Positions 41,979-53,900 of a stretch of DNA of 64,000 nucleotides are shown here, piece by piece (within the stretch, counting starts at the first letter, position 1; the number at the start of each line of letters is the position of its first letter). Source of the DNA: a virus. Made by a program: the position numbers and the translations under genes. The stretch is from positions 1-64,000 of the IMG/VR virus record IMGVR_UViG_3300037235_000042, one strand, 5' to 3'. The notes beneath the pieces were generated by a model. It worked only from the letters and a program-made list of their open reading frames with translations, was not told the DNA's origin and did no database searches.

Positions 41979-42938
41979 TTATAATCGAGCCAGTATTCTA
42001 ACGTTGCTACCCGTCACTGGAGGCGTTGCGCCTGCGGAAGAATTCGTGTTGTCACCCCCAGAACCATTGATTATGACCACAGCTATAAGCGTTTGGCTAT
42101 CGAAATTTGCAATTAATCTATTGGACTGAGAGTCGGCGGAAAATGGTCCAGTTCTGACTAGTTGTCCGCTGTTTTTCTGGAGCGAGTAGTAATAAGTCCC
42201 AGAAAGAGAAACCGAGCCTCCAGAAGAACTCCCATTCGGCGCGAACTGCTGATACGTGAACACTGTACTTGAATGGATGTTCAGAACTTGGAACGACCCA
42301 TCAAACGACGAATCCGCTACGCCGCCGACGACCGCGTTCTCGCCGGGGATTATAGAATTCACGCCGGTCGTGGTCACGGTCACGATATTCCCTGACCGAA
42401 CGATGGTTGAAATCGTATAAGAAGTCGGCAAGGTTAGAGTATCGTTGAACGCTGAGTAAGCAACGATGCTGCGGTCGACTTTCTGATGAACTCCTGAGGA
42501 GATTGTAACCGGGACGGTTCCTCCACTGGGAGATCCAAAGTTGACGGTAGAAGTGTTCGTCGTAGGCGCGGTCGACATCAGGTTGTTCAGAAACGAGGAG
42601 GAGGTCTCACGTTGATTAACGTCGTTCAACCGGCGCATGGATTGTAAGACATTCTTCCCTAATATTTCTAGAGCCTGCCGGATCGTCGCTGGGCCGTAGT
42701 TTGCGTCAGCATAGGCCTTCGACACCGCATCTCCAGGATTAGAAGGATCTCCGAGGTTCTGGATCGTGTTGCCGGACAGGTTCAGGTGGGATTTGACCGT
42801 GGTCGTTCCGCCGCTACCGATCAGCGAATCCAGAGCAGCGGTTATATTCTGTAAGGTTTGGTTCAGCAGGGTTAGATTAGGGTCGTCAAGATCGGACTTC
42901 TTGAACGTGACCTGCGGGATGGCTAGCTGGAGCGGCAT
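41979..42938 (-). CDS. tail-associated protein
   Basis: LNLSGNTIQNLGDP..PGDAVSKAYAD neck-like motif and a beta module (IVTVTT..FDGSFQV..FTY). Confidence 0.6.
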   Translation of the reverse strand: MPLQLAIPQVTFKKSDLDDPNLTLLNQTLQNITAALDSLIGSGGTTTVKSHLNLSGNTIQNLGDPSNPGDAVSKAYADANYGPATIRQALEILGKNVLQSMRRLNDVNQRETSSSFLNNLMSTAPTTNTSTVNFGSPSGGTVPVTISSGVHQKVDRSIVAYSAFNDTLTLPTSYTISTIVRSGNIVTVTTTGVNSIIPGENAVVGGVADSSFDGSFQVLNIHSSTVFTYQQFAPNGSSSGGSVSLSGTYYYSLQKNSGQLVRTGPFSADSQSNRLIANFDSQTLIAVVIINGSGGDNTNSSAGATPPVTGSNVRILARL

Positions 42939-42952
42939 CTTGGGGCCAATGA

Positions 42953-43237
42953 CTAAACGCTAACCGCTTCTACCTTTCGCACGCCTCGACGAGCAGCGAA
43001 GTTCTCCGTGAAATCCCGGTCGTCGTCGGATAGGCGTTGGACTAAACGGAAATCCACATCAGCGTGGAGACTTAAATAACGTTCGAAACAACCGTAGCAT
43101 AACCGGAGCTTCCCGACCTGGAACAGAGCCTTCGCGTGACATTCACGGAGATAATTTTCCCCGGTTTGCGTCGAGACGAGGTTGAAGCGATAACGGCATT
43201 GTTCAGGATCGCCGGTTGGATAGTAGGATTTCTTCAT
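42953..43237 (-). CDS. small zinc-binding hypothetical protein
   Basis: C...C...CYGC. Confidence 0.5.
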   Translation of the reverse strand: MKKSYYPTGDPEQCRYRFNLVSTQTGENYLRECHAKALFQVGKLRLCYGCFERYLSLHADVDFRLVQRLSDDDRDFTENFAARRGVRKVEAVSV

Positions 43238-43262
43238 AGATTGTCGGGTAGCTCCTTTCGCT

Positions 43263-46200
43263 TCATGAGGTCACTAGTTCTGATCTCTGGTAGCCCTTAG
43301 CTCCAGCGTCGATTACAGGTTTCTGATCTATCTGTGGAGCGTTCCAGAATTGCAGGTTCCCCGTCGTTGTGGCGATCAGCCGAAACTGGCGCAACTTTAT
43401 CGCCGGGAATCTCACTCGCGTTGGGGATTCTGATCTAGCCGCGTTAGTTGGCAGGGTGAATGAGTAATAAGAATTCACATTCCCGTCTGCGTAGATGCCG
43501 ACTATCACTGGAGCTGTAGACGTGTAGTCGAAATAGCCTTGCTTGACCAGCTTAGATTCGTCGGTGCCGAACTTTATCCAGTAGGTGTCGTAGGAGTTTA
43601 GCTGAGCGGCTAGTTCTGCGGCCAGCATTTCCATCTGGTAGATAATCGGCGCGACAATCACAGATCCGCTCAACTGTGCGCTCAGACGATAAGCTTCTTG
43701 GCCGAATCCGGCGTTGACCGTGAACTGGAATTTCTGCCGAACTGCCCCGGTGAACGAGGGGAGAGTAATCGGCGCGACGGATCCGTTGTTGTCGTCGAAC
43801 AGAAGTTCAAGCGTTAAGGACTGCCCGTTCGGATTGGCGTCGACCGTGACCATGTTGTACTGTTTCTGGTTGTTGGGGAGACTCTGGTCGTAGTAGGGAG
43901 TTTGCAGGGTGAATGAGATCGGGTATTTAACCAATGCTCCTGAGGCCCAGCCCGCATCATCGTAATCGCCAACCTGATCGACTGCGACTACGAAGTTCGT
44001 TCCCGTTTGTGAAGCTGAAGGCTGGTAGACTCGGGCGATCACTAGAGTGTTTGTATCGGCTTCGTAGTTGATCGCGTTGACGAATAAATCGTCATTCTTC
44101 CAGCGGTTGTATGTCGACCAATATACCAGTCGATGATTGTTCCCGTCTGTTCCTGGGTAGATCACGAACACTCTGTTGTTCCAGAACGCCATCTTCACCT
44201 GACTGATCAGAGCTTGATTCAACGGGATCAATGGCGAAGGGCTAGGCGTTGTAGGCTGATTCTGGAACAACCATTCGATAGTTGCTGAACGATAAGCGCC
44301 GTCGGTTCCGTTAAACTCCCGGACCCCGTCGAATCCTAAATACCAGATCGCCGACTCCGTCTGACACCATCCGAAACTCGCTGCGAGTCCGTGTTTCGAT
44401 CCCGTTGGCTGGGCGACTGGCGGATTCGATGGATAGATCTGATACCAAGTAGACTTAGTCGCGATGAACAGAGTCCCCCGGAAATTAATAACCCCCATGA
44501 TCGGATCTGAAGGATTCGACACTGGGATATAGTTCTGGGGTGGGAAGTTCTCTGGGAATCCGGGGTTCGAGAAATACAACAGATGAGGATTGTTGGGATC
44601 GCCTGCCAGCCAGACTTGGTTGTAGGCTAGAGCAACTAGATTGCATGGAATCGCTGGCTTCGAGAACACTTGAACCTGTTCTCCAGCTGCATGCGGAAGT
44701 TGAACACAGGCTTGAAACGAGCCCGTCCCCCCGACAGCTACGATAGTCTGTTCGAGATCAGAAACGTTGCCGATATTCACGATCTGCCCGACGACGAACG
44801 TCGCAGTAAGTTGCGTAACTGAAACGGTGATGGGGATGAACGGTGCGGTCGGGCTAAGCGCAGTAGTTAAGGTCGTGACGATAGGGTTCTGTAAAGTGCT
44901 GCTGACCGGGGGGTCATTAGCCAGGTTTAGCGGAAGCTGTTCGAACAGATCAGCGTCGGTGAAGATGTCATTGTAGCTGAAGGTTCCAGTTCCGATGACG
45001 TTAGGAATCTGATCAACCAGCAACCACGCAGGGCCAGGAAGCACTCCGCCGCGACGATAGATTCGAACGTGGGTTACGCGAGGATTCGGACTGTATTGCC
45101 CTTGAACGTTTATAGGTTGCCGGAGAACGATCAAGGTGGATATTCCCGCAGGGTTGTAGGTGGTTACTGGATAGTATTGAGATGAGCAAGGATTCGACTC
45201 AGTGTTGGTTACGGCGTCAAAATATGTATAACGATAATCATATCCGACTCCGCCGTAGGAACTTGGCCCAGCTCCACTCAGCGTATAAAGTCCGTTCAGC
45301 CCAATCGCCGTCGAACCTTGGGTGTTAGTGATGATCTGAATCTGCCAGCCGGTAACCTTCGACCAGTCCGCTCCCGGTTCGTCGGCGTTCCCGACCGGCA
45401 GGAAGTCTCCCTTTCGCATGTAGACCACCGACCATGCCGAAGTTCCAGTGCTGATGTTCACAGGTTGAAGCCGAGGGACCGATGGATCGCTGATGGTTAG
45501 AGGTTGTTGTTTTATCTCAGTCTGAGTGTCTTGTGGAAGGGTGAGTAGGCCGAAAGTGTTGGAATTAACCACGCCGCCAGCTTGACCTGAGACTTCGTTG
45601 GTCACAGCTTGAGCTGGAGAGGTCGTGCTTGGGGAGGAGACTCCAGTTTGGAAAGTTTGAGGCGTTATACTCTTGTAGTAATAGGTTGAAGTATAACCCG
45701 ACGAGTTGACGTCGAATTGAAGTCTGATCTCCTGTACGACTTCCGGCGAGCCGACCTGGATGACTAGGACTATGAAATCATCCGGGGTCATGTTAGTCAG
45801 AACCGGGAACGACCCTGTGGTCTTGCCGATGCTGCCGATGGAATTCGTCGCCACAGTCCCGTTCAGGGCGTTGAACAAGAAGCTGTCCGTGGCCGCGTAG
45901 GTGCCGCCGAGGAAGTTTATAACGTTGAACTTGGTCGTGTCTTGGGTAGTATCGAACTTGACCATGAACTGGCCGGTGTGGTTGCTCAGGCCGATGCAGC
46001 CGTCTTGGACAAGCGCGGAGGAACCGTCCGTACAGGAATATTTCTCGTAGGTCAGGACGCCGGTGCCGCTGCTGCCGTTCACCGTAGCAATGGTCGTGAT
46101 AGTCGTGATCGTGAAGCCGCTGGTGGTAAATCCTGTGCCAGTATCGAAGGCGTCAATCCCACCTTGGAAGATTCCCAGCGCTCCAGGGAGAGTATTAACG

Positions 46201-46727
46201 ACCTGGGTCGGACCAAGAATCCCCCAGCTCACCGGGTTACCGATTCCAGAATCTTTTAACATGGCCAAGGCGTCGGCGATGAATAGATAAGGCTGCGCGG
46301 ACTGGTAGCAAGGGGTGACGAGTGTGGAAAATTGCTGCCCAGATAAGTTGATAACCGTCCCACCGTAGATATTGGTCGGGGAGAGTTTGGTGAAGGGTCC
46401 TTGGCTATCGCCAGCCCTGCGCCAGAGCGTATTCGAAGAAGGTCCAGTTACGCCAACGTAACGCCAAGTAGATGAACCTGAGACCAGCCGAGCGATAGTG
46501 TTCGGCGGCCCGGTGAAGAAATAATTCGACGTTCCGATCCCTAGAGGATCTCGATTGATGATCAGCGAGCCGTAGCGAGAGCTAAGAGATTGTTCCTCGC
46601 GTTCTTCACAGGAATCGAGATTGAGATACCAGCCTTCGCCAGGCGGACGGTCAATTGTGTAGCGGGAGTATATTCCGCGACTTTGAAATATATATGGCCA
46701 GTTTTTGTATTTAGTGTCGGTGCTCAT
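43263..46727 (-). CDS. tail nozzle/tubular protein B-like (packaged-DNA stabilisation)
   Basis: 1154 aa; YRYTY..ESNP, RIYR, beta-propeller-like VWLAG..LYFS..PENFP, IWYLGFDGVREFNG. Confidence 0.7.
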   Translation of the reverse strand: MSTDTKYKNWPYIFQSRGIYSRYTIDRPPGEGWYLNLDSCEEREEQSLSSRYGSLIINRDPLGIGTSNYFFTGPPNTIARLVSGSSTWRYVGVTGPSSNTLWRRAGDSQGPFTKLSPTNIYGGTVINLSGQQFSTLVTPCYQSAQPYLFIADALAMLKDSGIGNPVSWGILGPTQVVNTLPGALGIFQGGIDAFDTGTGFTTSGFTITTITTIATVNGSSGTGVLTYEKYSCTDGSSALVQDGCIGLSNHTGQFMVKFDTTQDTTKFNVINFLGGTYAATDSFLFNALNGTVATNSIGSIGKTTGSFPVLTNMTPDDFIVLVIQVGSPEVVQEIRLQFDVNSSGYTSTYYYKSITPQTFQTGVSSPSTTSPAQAVTNEVSGQAGGVVNSNTFGLLTLPQDTQTEIKQQPLTISDPSVPRLQPVNISTGTSAWSVVYMRKGDFLPVGNADEPGADWSKVTGWQIQIITNTQGSTAIGLNGLYTLSGAGPSSYGGVGYDYRYTYFDAVTNTESNPCSSQYYPVTTYNPAGISTLIVLRQPINVQGQYSPNPRVTHVRIYRRGGVLPGPAWLLVDQIPNVIGTGTFSYNDIFTDADLFEQLPLNLANDPPVSSTLQNPIVTTLTTALSPTAPFIPITVSVTQLTATFVVGQIVNIGNVSDLEQTIVAVGGTGSFQACVQLPHAAGEQVQVFSKPAIPCNLVALAYNQVWLAGDPNNPHLLYFSNPGFPENFPPQNYIPVSNPSDPIMGVINFRGTLFIATKSTWYQIYPSNPPVAQPTGSKHGLAASFGWCQTESAIWYLGFDGVREFNGTDGAYRSATIEWLFQNQPTTPSPSPLIPLNQALISQVKMAFWNNRVFVIYPGTDGNNHRLVYWSTYNRWKNDDLFVNAINYEADTNTLVIARVYQPSASQTGTNFVVAVDQVGDYDDAGWASGALVKYPISFTLQTPYYDQSLPNNQKQYNMVTVDANPNGQSLTLELLFDDNNGSVAPITLPSFTGAVRQKFQFTVNAGFGQEAYRLSAQLSGSVIVAPIIYQMEMLAAELAAQLNSYDTYWIKFGTDESKLVKQGYFDYTSTAPVIVGIYADGNVNSYYSFTLPTNAARSESPTRVRFPAIKLRQFRLIATTTGNLQFWNAPQIDQKPVIDAGAKGYQRSELVTS

Positions 46728-47947
46728 GCTGATCGCCTCTTAGCTTGTTGACCGGAATTCATCATCCCCTTTATCCAACGAGTCGTGGCCACAACGCCCA
46801 TTTCGAAACGTTGATGGCAGTAGCTAGCAAGTTGCTCCGATCTTTCTTCACCATCTTTTGAGAACATATACTCCAGCGTTTTGTATTTGACGTAGTGTAG
46901 AACCAGATCCGGAACCGCAAAGCCGTCAGTCAGTGCCAGAGAGTCTGTGTCTCGGATTGAACACAACAATTCAACTGGGAAACTAGAACTAGGTTTACCC
47001 CCTACACCCCACCTATAATTTCCTCCACGATCTTCCCACCAATTTTTAGGGTAAAGTTGAAATTCCGATTGCCAGTTCCGGTCCTGCATTGTCAGTTGTT
47101 CCTGACTGACTTCGTACAATCGAGTCAGGGGAAGCGATGCGAACGATCCAACGGCTGTGTTCATAATCCCGTTGGTTAATTGGAGGAAGAATGCCATCCC
47201 GTTAGGCGCGATCAGAGGGAGCTGCGTCGGCGCTGATGGAGTCTGCGAGGACATCGGAGCGCTGTGGAGAATTCCGCTGCTTCCGCCGACAGAAACGATG
47301 GTCAGCTGCCATGTCAGGCCACTAGCCGTATCGTTGACCAAGATCCCGGTTGGAGCCGTGCCCGCGACCGGCGTGGTGTCGACGATTCCACTGTTGGTAA
47401 CGATGATCTGCCAAGCCTGCGAGGCTGCGTCTAGGAGAATGAACGAAGCCGGAGGAATCGTAGCCAACGCGATCCGTTCGATCTCGATACAGGTTGAAGG
47501 GGTCGATTGGTAGATCTGCCCATAGGCTATGGATTGATAGAAGAACTGGAATATGCAAGGAACTCGGGCGAGGAATTCGTTCTGGGCTCGGGACAGGTAG
47601 CCTAGGACTTCGGATTGAGTGAAGAAGGGATCGCCTGCGATGGCTTGGGTTGAAAACGTAGGTCCAAATACGCTTGCGCCGGAGTTATGGGAATTCGCAA
47701 AAGTAGCCGTGATCGACGTTCCTGGTACGAACGCCGTTACAGTCACAGCTTCCTGATTAGGCGTGTTGGCGTCGACGATGATCTGAGCGCCGACGTAGAT
47801 TCCTAAGGTCGAGCCGATGGTTACGGTTTCTGGACCTACGGAAGAATTCTGGGTAAGAGTTGTCTGCAGAACTGGTTCTAAAACGTGGTAGGAAATCTCG
47901 CACAGCAAAGACCAGACCGACCGACTTCCTAAGCCCGGATTGGCCAA
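46724..47947 (-). CDS. head-tail adaptor/tubular protein A-like with inserted domains
   Basis: YLSRAQNEF, P..WW, C-terminal LVLHYVKYK...KDGE. Confidence 0.6.
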   Translation of the reverse strand: MANPGLGSRSVWSLLCEISYHVLEPVLQTTLTQNSSVGPETVTIGSTLGIYVGAQIIVDANTPNQEAVTVTAFVPGTSITATFANSHNSGASVFGPTFSTQAIAGDPFFTQSEVLGYLSRAQNEFLARVPCIFQFFYQSIAYGQIYQSTPSTCIEIERIALATIPPASFILLDAASQAWQIIVTNSGIVDTTPVAGTAPTGILVNDTASGLTWQLTIVSVGGSSGILHSAPMSSQTPSAPTQLPLIAPNGMAFFLQLTNGIMNTAVGSFASLPLTRLYEVSQEQLTMQDRNWQSEFQLYPKNWWEDRGGNYRWGVGGKPSSSFPVELLCSIRDTDSLALTDGFAVPDLVLHYVKYKTLEYMFSKDGEERSEQLASYCHQRFEMGVVATTRWIKGMMNSGQQAKRRSA

Positions 47948-48064
47948 GACACGTCTCCCCCGCCAATACTGTGTTGACCTTACGCGGTCGTTTGTGAGAC
48001 AGTATGGCTGAACGTGTCGGATTTTCTCAGAGGGCCGACCTCTGGCAAGGAATGGCCCTTCAAG

Positions 48065-48499
48065 TTAAGCTACGACGGCTTCCTTCTTGATCTCCTCTTT
48101 CTGATCGTTCTTGGCTTGATTCTGTTGAGTCTGAGTTGCTAACTGGGGCTGAGGTTGAACGCCTTGAGGCTGTTCAGGCTGAAGTTGAATCCGTGGGCTC
48201 TCAGGTTCCTTCGCCGAGAGCGATCCAGTTCCACCACAGATATCACAGACTGACTTATATTCCGACTTTCCATCCCAAGGCGCGACTGAGCCGACCATTC
48301 CTTCCCCATCGCATTTCAAACATTGAGCGATATAACCTGAGACCAGACAGAATTTACAATAGGTCTTCAACGGCGGAGGGAGTTTGGAATTCCCACAGTG
48401 TTCGCAGACTCGGATCGGACCTCGGTACTTCGCTACGTCGATGTGATTGTCATTAATCATTTTTGAACCTCGGCTATCCATGTTACTACGAATCGACAC
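48065..48499 (-). CDS. DnaJ-type zinc-finger protein
   Basis: CEHCG, CKFC, CLKCDGEG, CDICGGTG; Q/P-rich tail. Confidence 0.65.
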   Translation of the reverse strand: MSIRSNMDSRGSKMINDNHIDVAKYRGPIRVCEHCGNSKLPPPLKTYCKFCLVSGYIAQCLKCDGEGMVGSVAPWDGKSEYKSVCDICGGTGSLSAKEPESPRIQLQPEQPQGVQPQPQLATQTQQNQAKNDQKEEIKKEAVVA

Positions 48500-48508
48500 A
48501 ATAAAGCT

Positions 48509-49966
48509 CTAGTTTCCAAGACAGAACCAGTTAATATGCCCAGTATCGCTGCCTACGCTATCGGTCGGAGTTACCCCAGTGGTAGAAGTGACGAAACTTA
48601 ATATCCCAGTCATGGTGCCTATTCCATTCCAGCTCCCAAAGCACTGGGGGGCTACTGCATAAGTTGTCGCAAAGTTTTGTCCTGGACAAGTTCCAGAACT
48701 CAACGTACACGTACCTTGATCGCTGATCTGTAGACGGTAGTTCTGCAACTTCATGGCTGCCGAATTTCCAGATAATTGGGTAGTGCAATAATTGACAGAA
48801 GGGTTTCCAGCTCCACTAATCAGGGTAGGAAGAGCGCCCCCAGTACGAGGACACCACTGAATAGTACCAAATGCTATAGCATGCACGTAGCCATTAGTCA
48901 ACGTATTGCTTGACGCAGTTATAGTAGTGTTTTGTACGTTTAAGCTATCACCAGAGAAAGTTATGAATTCCGGAATAGTTCCAACACCTGTGTCCGCCAG
49001 CATCAAACCCCCAAGCATGGTTATATTATTATTACTACCAGTAGACTTGATAAAATCTCCAGTCGATCCAACGCCATTCATCTCTAAGTGAACTCCATTT
49101 AGTGTTAGATTAATAAAGTTCGCAGGCATCACTATGCCAAGTGAACCAGTACCTAAATTTGTCTCTATGTCTGTGCCTTGGATATAAACGTCCACAGACG
49201 TGCCCAAAAGGATATCTTCTATCGTATTTTGAAAAGTAGTCCCTTGGAGGATCCACATCACGCTCCCCGCATTAAAGTTGACGCCAATACCATTGTTAGC
49301 GATCATTGGCTGAACAAAGCCTGAATCAAAAGCGTTCATGATAGCAGCTGTACCCCAACCCTGCATTGCGACATTTTCAAATATCACGCCTTGTGTTGGG
49401 AAGTTCGGGCCATTGCCGACGTTGGCACCAACAGTAGTGCTGGTAGCCCCTGAAATATTACAATTCATATAACATAGAGTCAGGTTGGAGATCACTCCTG
49501 GGTGGCCATTAATACCCAAATTACCTCCCCAATTAATGACGAACGCTGTCCCCGTGCTACTACCTGTCCAGTTTAAACAGGTTGGTCCTGAACCAGCTCC
49601 AGTGAGATTGACTATCTTGCCTACAGTGTTGAACACGATCTCTGTGGAAAAATTATAGCAAGTAGAATTAGGGGATACAAAAATCGTGCCTCCTGGGGAC
49701 GGTAGAGATGCATAAGCTAGATTTATTTCAGCTCCTATGTCTGCTCCACCTCGGGATAATGCAGAGTTCACATACTGAACGCCGTTTAGGATAGAGGTTA
49801 TAGTCGGCCCTGTGGTCGTGGTCGTGCCGCTGAAGGTGTTGTTACCCGTGAATAGATTGTTAACATCTAGTGCAGCGAAGGTATGGCCTTGTGAAAGTAA
49901 GAGAGAAGATAGGATCATCAGGACTACGAAAGCAGCGAGCAGTTTATAGGGAGTGGTCATGTTCAC
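48509..49966 (-). CDS. beta-helix tailspike-like protein with signal peptide
   Basis: ADIGAEINLAY..L..PGGTIFV, N/G/I-rich; visibly AT-richer. Confidence 0.65.
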   Translation of the reverse strand: MNMTTPYKLLAAFVVLMILSSLLLSQGHTFAALDVNNLFTGNNTFSGTTTTTGPTITSILNGVQYVNSALSRGGADIGAEINLAYASLPSPGGTIFVSPNSTCYNFSTEIVFNTVGKIVNLTGAGSGPTCLNWTGSSTGTAFVINWGGNLGINGHPGVISNLTLCYMNCNISGATSTTVGANVGNGPNFPTQGVIFENVAMQGWGTAAIMNAFDSGFVQPMIANNGIGVNFNAGSVMWILQGTTFQNTIEDILLGTSVDVYIQGTDIETNLGTGSLGIVMPANFINLTLNGVHLEMNGVGSTGDFIKSTGSNNNITMLGGLMLADTGVGTIPEFITFSGDSLNVQNTTITASSNTLTNGYVHAIAFGTIQWCPRTGGALPTLISGAGNPSVNYCTTQLSGNSAAMKLQNYRLQISDQGTCTLSSGTCPGQNFATTYAVAPQCFGSWNGIGTMTGILSFVTSTTGVTPTDSVGSDTGHINWFCLGN

Positions 49967-50655
49967 CTTTTCGGGATAGAATTCAGTCCTGTAATCCCGC
50001 CAAAACTTCGACTGAACAACAATGGATCCTTGCGGTCTTCAATCTGGGTCATTCTCTGAGCTAAGGTTAAATAAGACTGGTAGAGAGTCATGGATTCTTT
50101 GAACTCCGCTCCTGATTCCTTAATTCTACAGAAATGGGCACTGTACATTTCAAGCGCTTCAAAGAATTCGTCATGGAACGGAACTACCTCGGTCCCAGTG
50201 TAAGGCCAGTTATCAGCCGTTGGATAAGGAATAGTTGTGATACTGACCTGTGTAGGAGCATTCGGAGCCGGATGGACGAAAAATAACCCACCGAGCCCGA
50301 CTGGCCCCCAGCGTTGTGGGATAGGGGCAGTATCCGCTTCCCATGATGATCCCCATGAAGCTTGTTCGTAGTCCATAGAGAACAAGGAAACCCGCCAGAG
50401 CGGGGAAGATGGGCCTTGGATATCCGTGATCAGCAACTGACCTTTAGGCATCTGTTGCCAGACTGTATTTGGAACGAGGTTGAACGGTTGGTTGACCAGA
50501 AAGTCCGGACGCCCGACTAGGATCAAGAGATCATTGCAGGCTTCGATCAGACCAGAATAGAGTTCGTTCGAGAGATTCCAGAAAACAGGAGGATTGTTCT
50601 CTTCTAAACGGTTGATGACCTGTCCTGCCAAGACGCTGATTGGAGTGGTTCCCAT
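49963..50655 (-). CDS. head-tail adaptor-like protein
   Basis: V.NRLEE..P.FW...EL...LIEA.ND, FFVHPAP, FFEALEMY. Confidence 0.65.
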   Translation of the reverse strand: MGTTPISVLAGQVINRLEENNPPVFWNLSNELYSGLIEACNDLLILVGRPDFLVNQPFNLVPNTVWQQMPKGQLLITDIQGPSSPLWRVSLFSMDYEQASWGSSWEADTAPIPQRWGPVGLGGLFFVHPAPNAPTQVSITTIPYPTADNWPYTGTEVVPFHDEFFEALEMYSAHFCRIKESGAEFKESMTLYQSYLTLAQRMTQIEDRKDPLLFSRSFGGITGLNSIPKR

Positions 50656-50759
50656 ATCTTATTTCTTGCCTAGGATAATATCATCATATTTGAGTTTTCA
50701 TTGTGAGTATTTCGTCTCTATTGAATTTCCCAGAGCCTGTGGTAAAGTGTCAGACCTTT

Positions 50760-50987
50760 TTATTGAATCACCACGTTTGCGCCTTGCATGTTTACAGTGC
50801 CGGTAAAATTCACCTGATTACCCGATGCACCAACCGGACACATCCGCATATAACCTGTAATCGGCTTGGGGCATTGCGCCACGGTCGGAGCAATTGGGCC
50901 GACTCCGAGAGCACCGTAGGAACCGCTAGCCTTGACCCAGAGCACGAATCCACCAACCATTAAGATTACCAAGAGAACGATTTTCAT
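50760..50987 (-). CDS. small secreted/membrane protein
   Basis: Hydrophobic N-terminus, two Cys. Confidence 0.55.
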   Translation of the reverse strand: MKIVLLVILMVGGFVLWVKASGSYGALGVGPIAPTVAQCPKPITGYMRMCPVGASGNQVNFTGTVNMQGANVVIQ

Positions 50988-53900
50988 CGGGCATCTCCCT
51001 CCACTAAAAAATTACCCGCCATGAACCATGCTGCCGGAGAGCTGTTAGTCACACCTGCCGGAGCAATCGCTGCACCCATTACGATATAACTTCCGCCGCT
51101 GTCAAAACTCGGTGTGTAAGCTGCGGGAGTAACTCCTAACCGATATTCAGAAAGATCGTCTGCGGTGTCGTTAACCCCAACAGCATACGGAGTAAGAGCA
51201 CCGAGCGCAGTATCTACACAGGCAAACCAGACAGAATCATTATTCGCCGCTGTAACGTTGGATACACTCGTGGAGCACTGGCCTGAAGCTCCTGCCGACG
51301 ATCCGACCGCTGCAAAAGTCGTAGTGCCACCAACCGTAGAATTGCCCTGAAATTCTCCGCCGAGCACGGTGCCAAAGTTAGAACAATCAGAAACTCCGCT
51401 CCCGGTGAACGACACCGTAAAGGTTGCGCTCGAAGTATTGGGAGCGATGAAACCAAACAAGGCACTCACGTTGCCAGTCGTGTTGCCCAGTGGAGCAATC
51501 AACTGCGTGCTGTTTGTCCAGCCCGTAGCCGTCAAGGTGATAGCCGTAATCGTCCCACTGGAAGGATGGCAATCAACCGCGAATAACACTGCATCTCCAG
51601 TTCTGGCTGGAGTGCAGGAAAAAGTCGGTGTGTTGCTTGCACCAGTGAGGATAGCGCTGGTCGAACAGCCTCCGCTAATGTAGCCTATTGGTATCCCGGT
51701 TCCCTGCAATGCAACGGAATCCGGTGAACTGGTGGCGTTGGTTGTAAAAATGAGTGAATAATTCTGACTTCCGAGCGCGTTCGGAGTGAAGGTTACGCTC
51801 ACCGTACAACTGCTCGTCGCGGCCAGCGTAGAACCGCAAGTGGTAGAAGATTTCACATACTGCGAATTATTGGTGGCGATGCTGACAATGTTGAGTGTGG
51901 CGTTCCCGGTGTTGGTGAGCGTTGTTGTCTGCCCACCAGAAGTCACGTTTAGGACTTGGCTGCCAAACACCAGCGTAGTCGGAGATAAGGACACAATTGG
52001 CCCGGTCGCAACTCCCGTACCCGTAAGATTTATCGTGTCCGGGTTGCCAACGTTATCTGGCACGCTGATGGTCGCGGGCTTCGATCCTGCTGAAGTCGGA
52101 CTGAAAGTTACAACGAATGTGCACGTCGCATTTACCGCAAGATTCTGACCGTTGCAGGTGTTACTCGATATCGCATACTCCGCATCGCTGGGCGATCCTA
52201 GAGTGCCGATATTTAGAGTTCCGCTCGTCCCGTCGTTAGTGATGGTCACCGTGATCGGGCTGCTGCTTGAGCCATCGTTGATCAAACCAAAAGCGACCGG
52301 AGACGGGCTGTACTGAAATCCTGGGCCGGACGATGCGGTGTACTCATAAGTCCCAACGTCCCAAGCTCCGCTGGACGGGCGAGTATTGGCGGTAGTTGCT
52401 GGGCAGGTATTTACGTGAGTGCTTGTGTTGTAGAAACAGGCGTAGGTTGTGGCTGATTTACAGGCCGTCGCTGCTGCACTTAATCCTGCCGTGGCTAGTG
52501 CCGCACAGTAACCGCCCGTTTCATTGGTCCCCACCCCTACCGTAGAATTGGTCGAAGCCAGCGGAGAATAAGCATAAGTCTCGCTGCTGGTGTACTGATC
52601 GAACTTTGGCGTAACGTTGGCATCCGAGTAGGTCGGACAGGCCGTGGTCGTCCCGCCAGAAGTATTCGACTGGCATAAATTAGTTGTGCTTACCTGCGTG
52701 CTGCATCCCGTTCCGATGGGTGTTGAGGTGTCGTCGATGTAGTGCTCATTGGTGTCGTTCACGGCTGCGGCAGTGTACCCGGAACAACGAATGATGACTT
52801 GGGAATAATTACTCTGCCATGTGTTGTTGAAGAAGGTGTAGGGGCCATTGGCGTTTGACCCCGCCGTACCTCCTATATTCAGGTACTCCAGATTCCCGAT
52901 GTCGTAGCCTACATTGTTGAAAATGTAGTCCGTCGTGATCGTGCTGCCATTGCATCCGTAAGAACTGATCCCAGTGTTGCACGGCGGCGAGAACCACAGG
53001 AAGACTCCGCCACCGCTCGTGATCCCTGCCTCTACGTGGCGAAACACGTTGTTGTAAATGGCATTCGCGGTGGTCGGGTTATCCGGGATGCCTTCAATCA
53101 TGTTCGAGTGGCCGTTTTCAAAAAAATATTCGTAAAGGTTGTCGTGGAAAAGATGAAGCCCATTAGCGCCGCCTGGGGCGCACTGCGTCGTATAGCGAAA
53201 GACGTTGTAGGCTACGTTGTAGAATCCACTAAAACAAAGGCCCTCCCCAATAGGATCGGAGTCCGCAAAATCCACCACGTTGTTGACTATGGTTTCTCCG
53301 ACGCTGCTGTTGTTCACGCCACCTTGAAAAGCAAAATTGTTAAAGCAGTACACGCCAGCGCAGTTTTGCCCGTTCTGCACGCCGAACTGCGGGTGACTCG
53401 ATCCGTGAATATAGAGATTTTCTAGGGCGAGCGGCGGAACCCCACCGGAGCAGCCGGAATTGCACATGCTGCCGTATCTCACGTAGGTGTCGTTGCCCTG
53501 AACTACAAAGTTCGGGGAGCCTTGTGATTCATTGCAGATCCCCAGCATCTCAATGTTGTCCACGATGTAATATTTCAGGCCGCTTACATTCAGCATGTTG
53601 TCCGTGCCGCCCGAAATCTGATAGACGCAGGCCGAGACGTAATTGCAATTCTGACTGGCATAGCCCGTACCGTTTGCATAACAAGCCGTGCCTGTGGCTG
53701 CAAAGCACGTTGCTCCATCGGGCATGGTTCCCAGAGTCGAGCCGTTGCACGGTGAATTGTCGGCATTGAAAGCAGGACGGACCCATGATCCGCCCGAGTA
53801 CCATGACTTATCTACTCCGACGTAGATGGGATTCGTACTCGTTCCCATTGGGTAGGGCGAAACGCTGAAGTTCCACGTTCCCCCGGTGTATGGAGTGGCA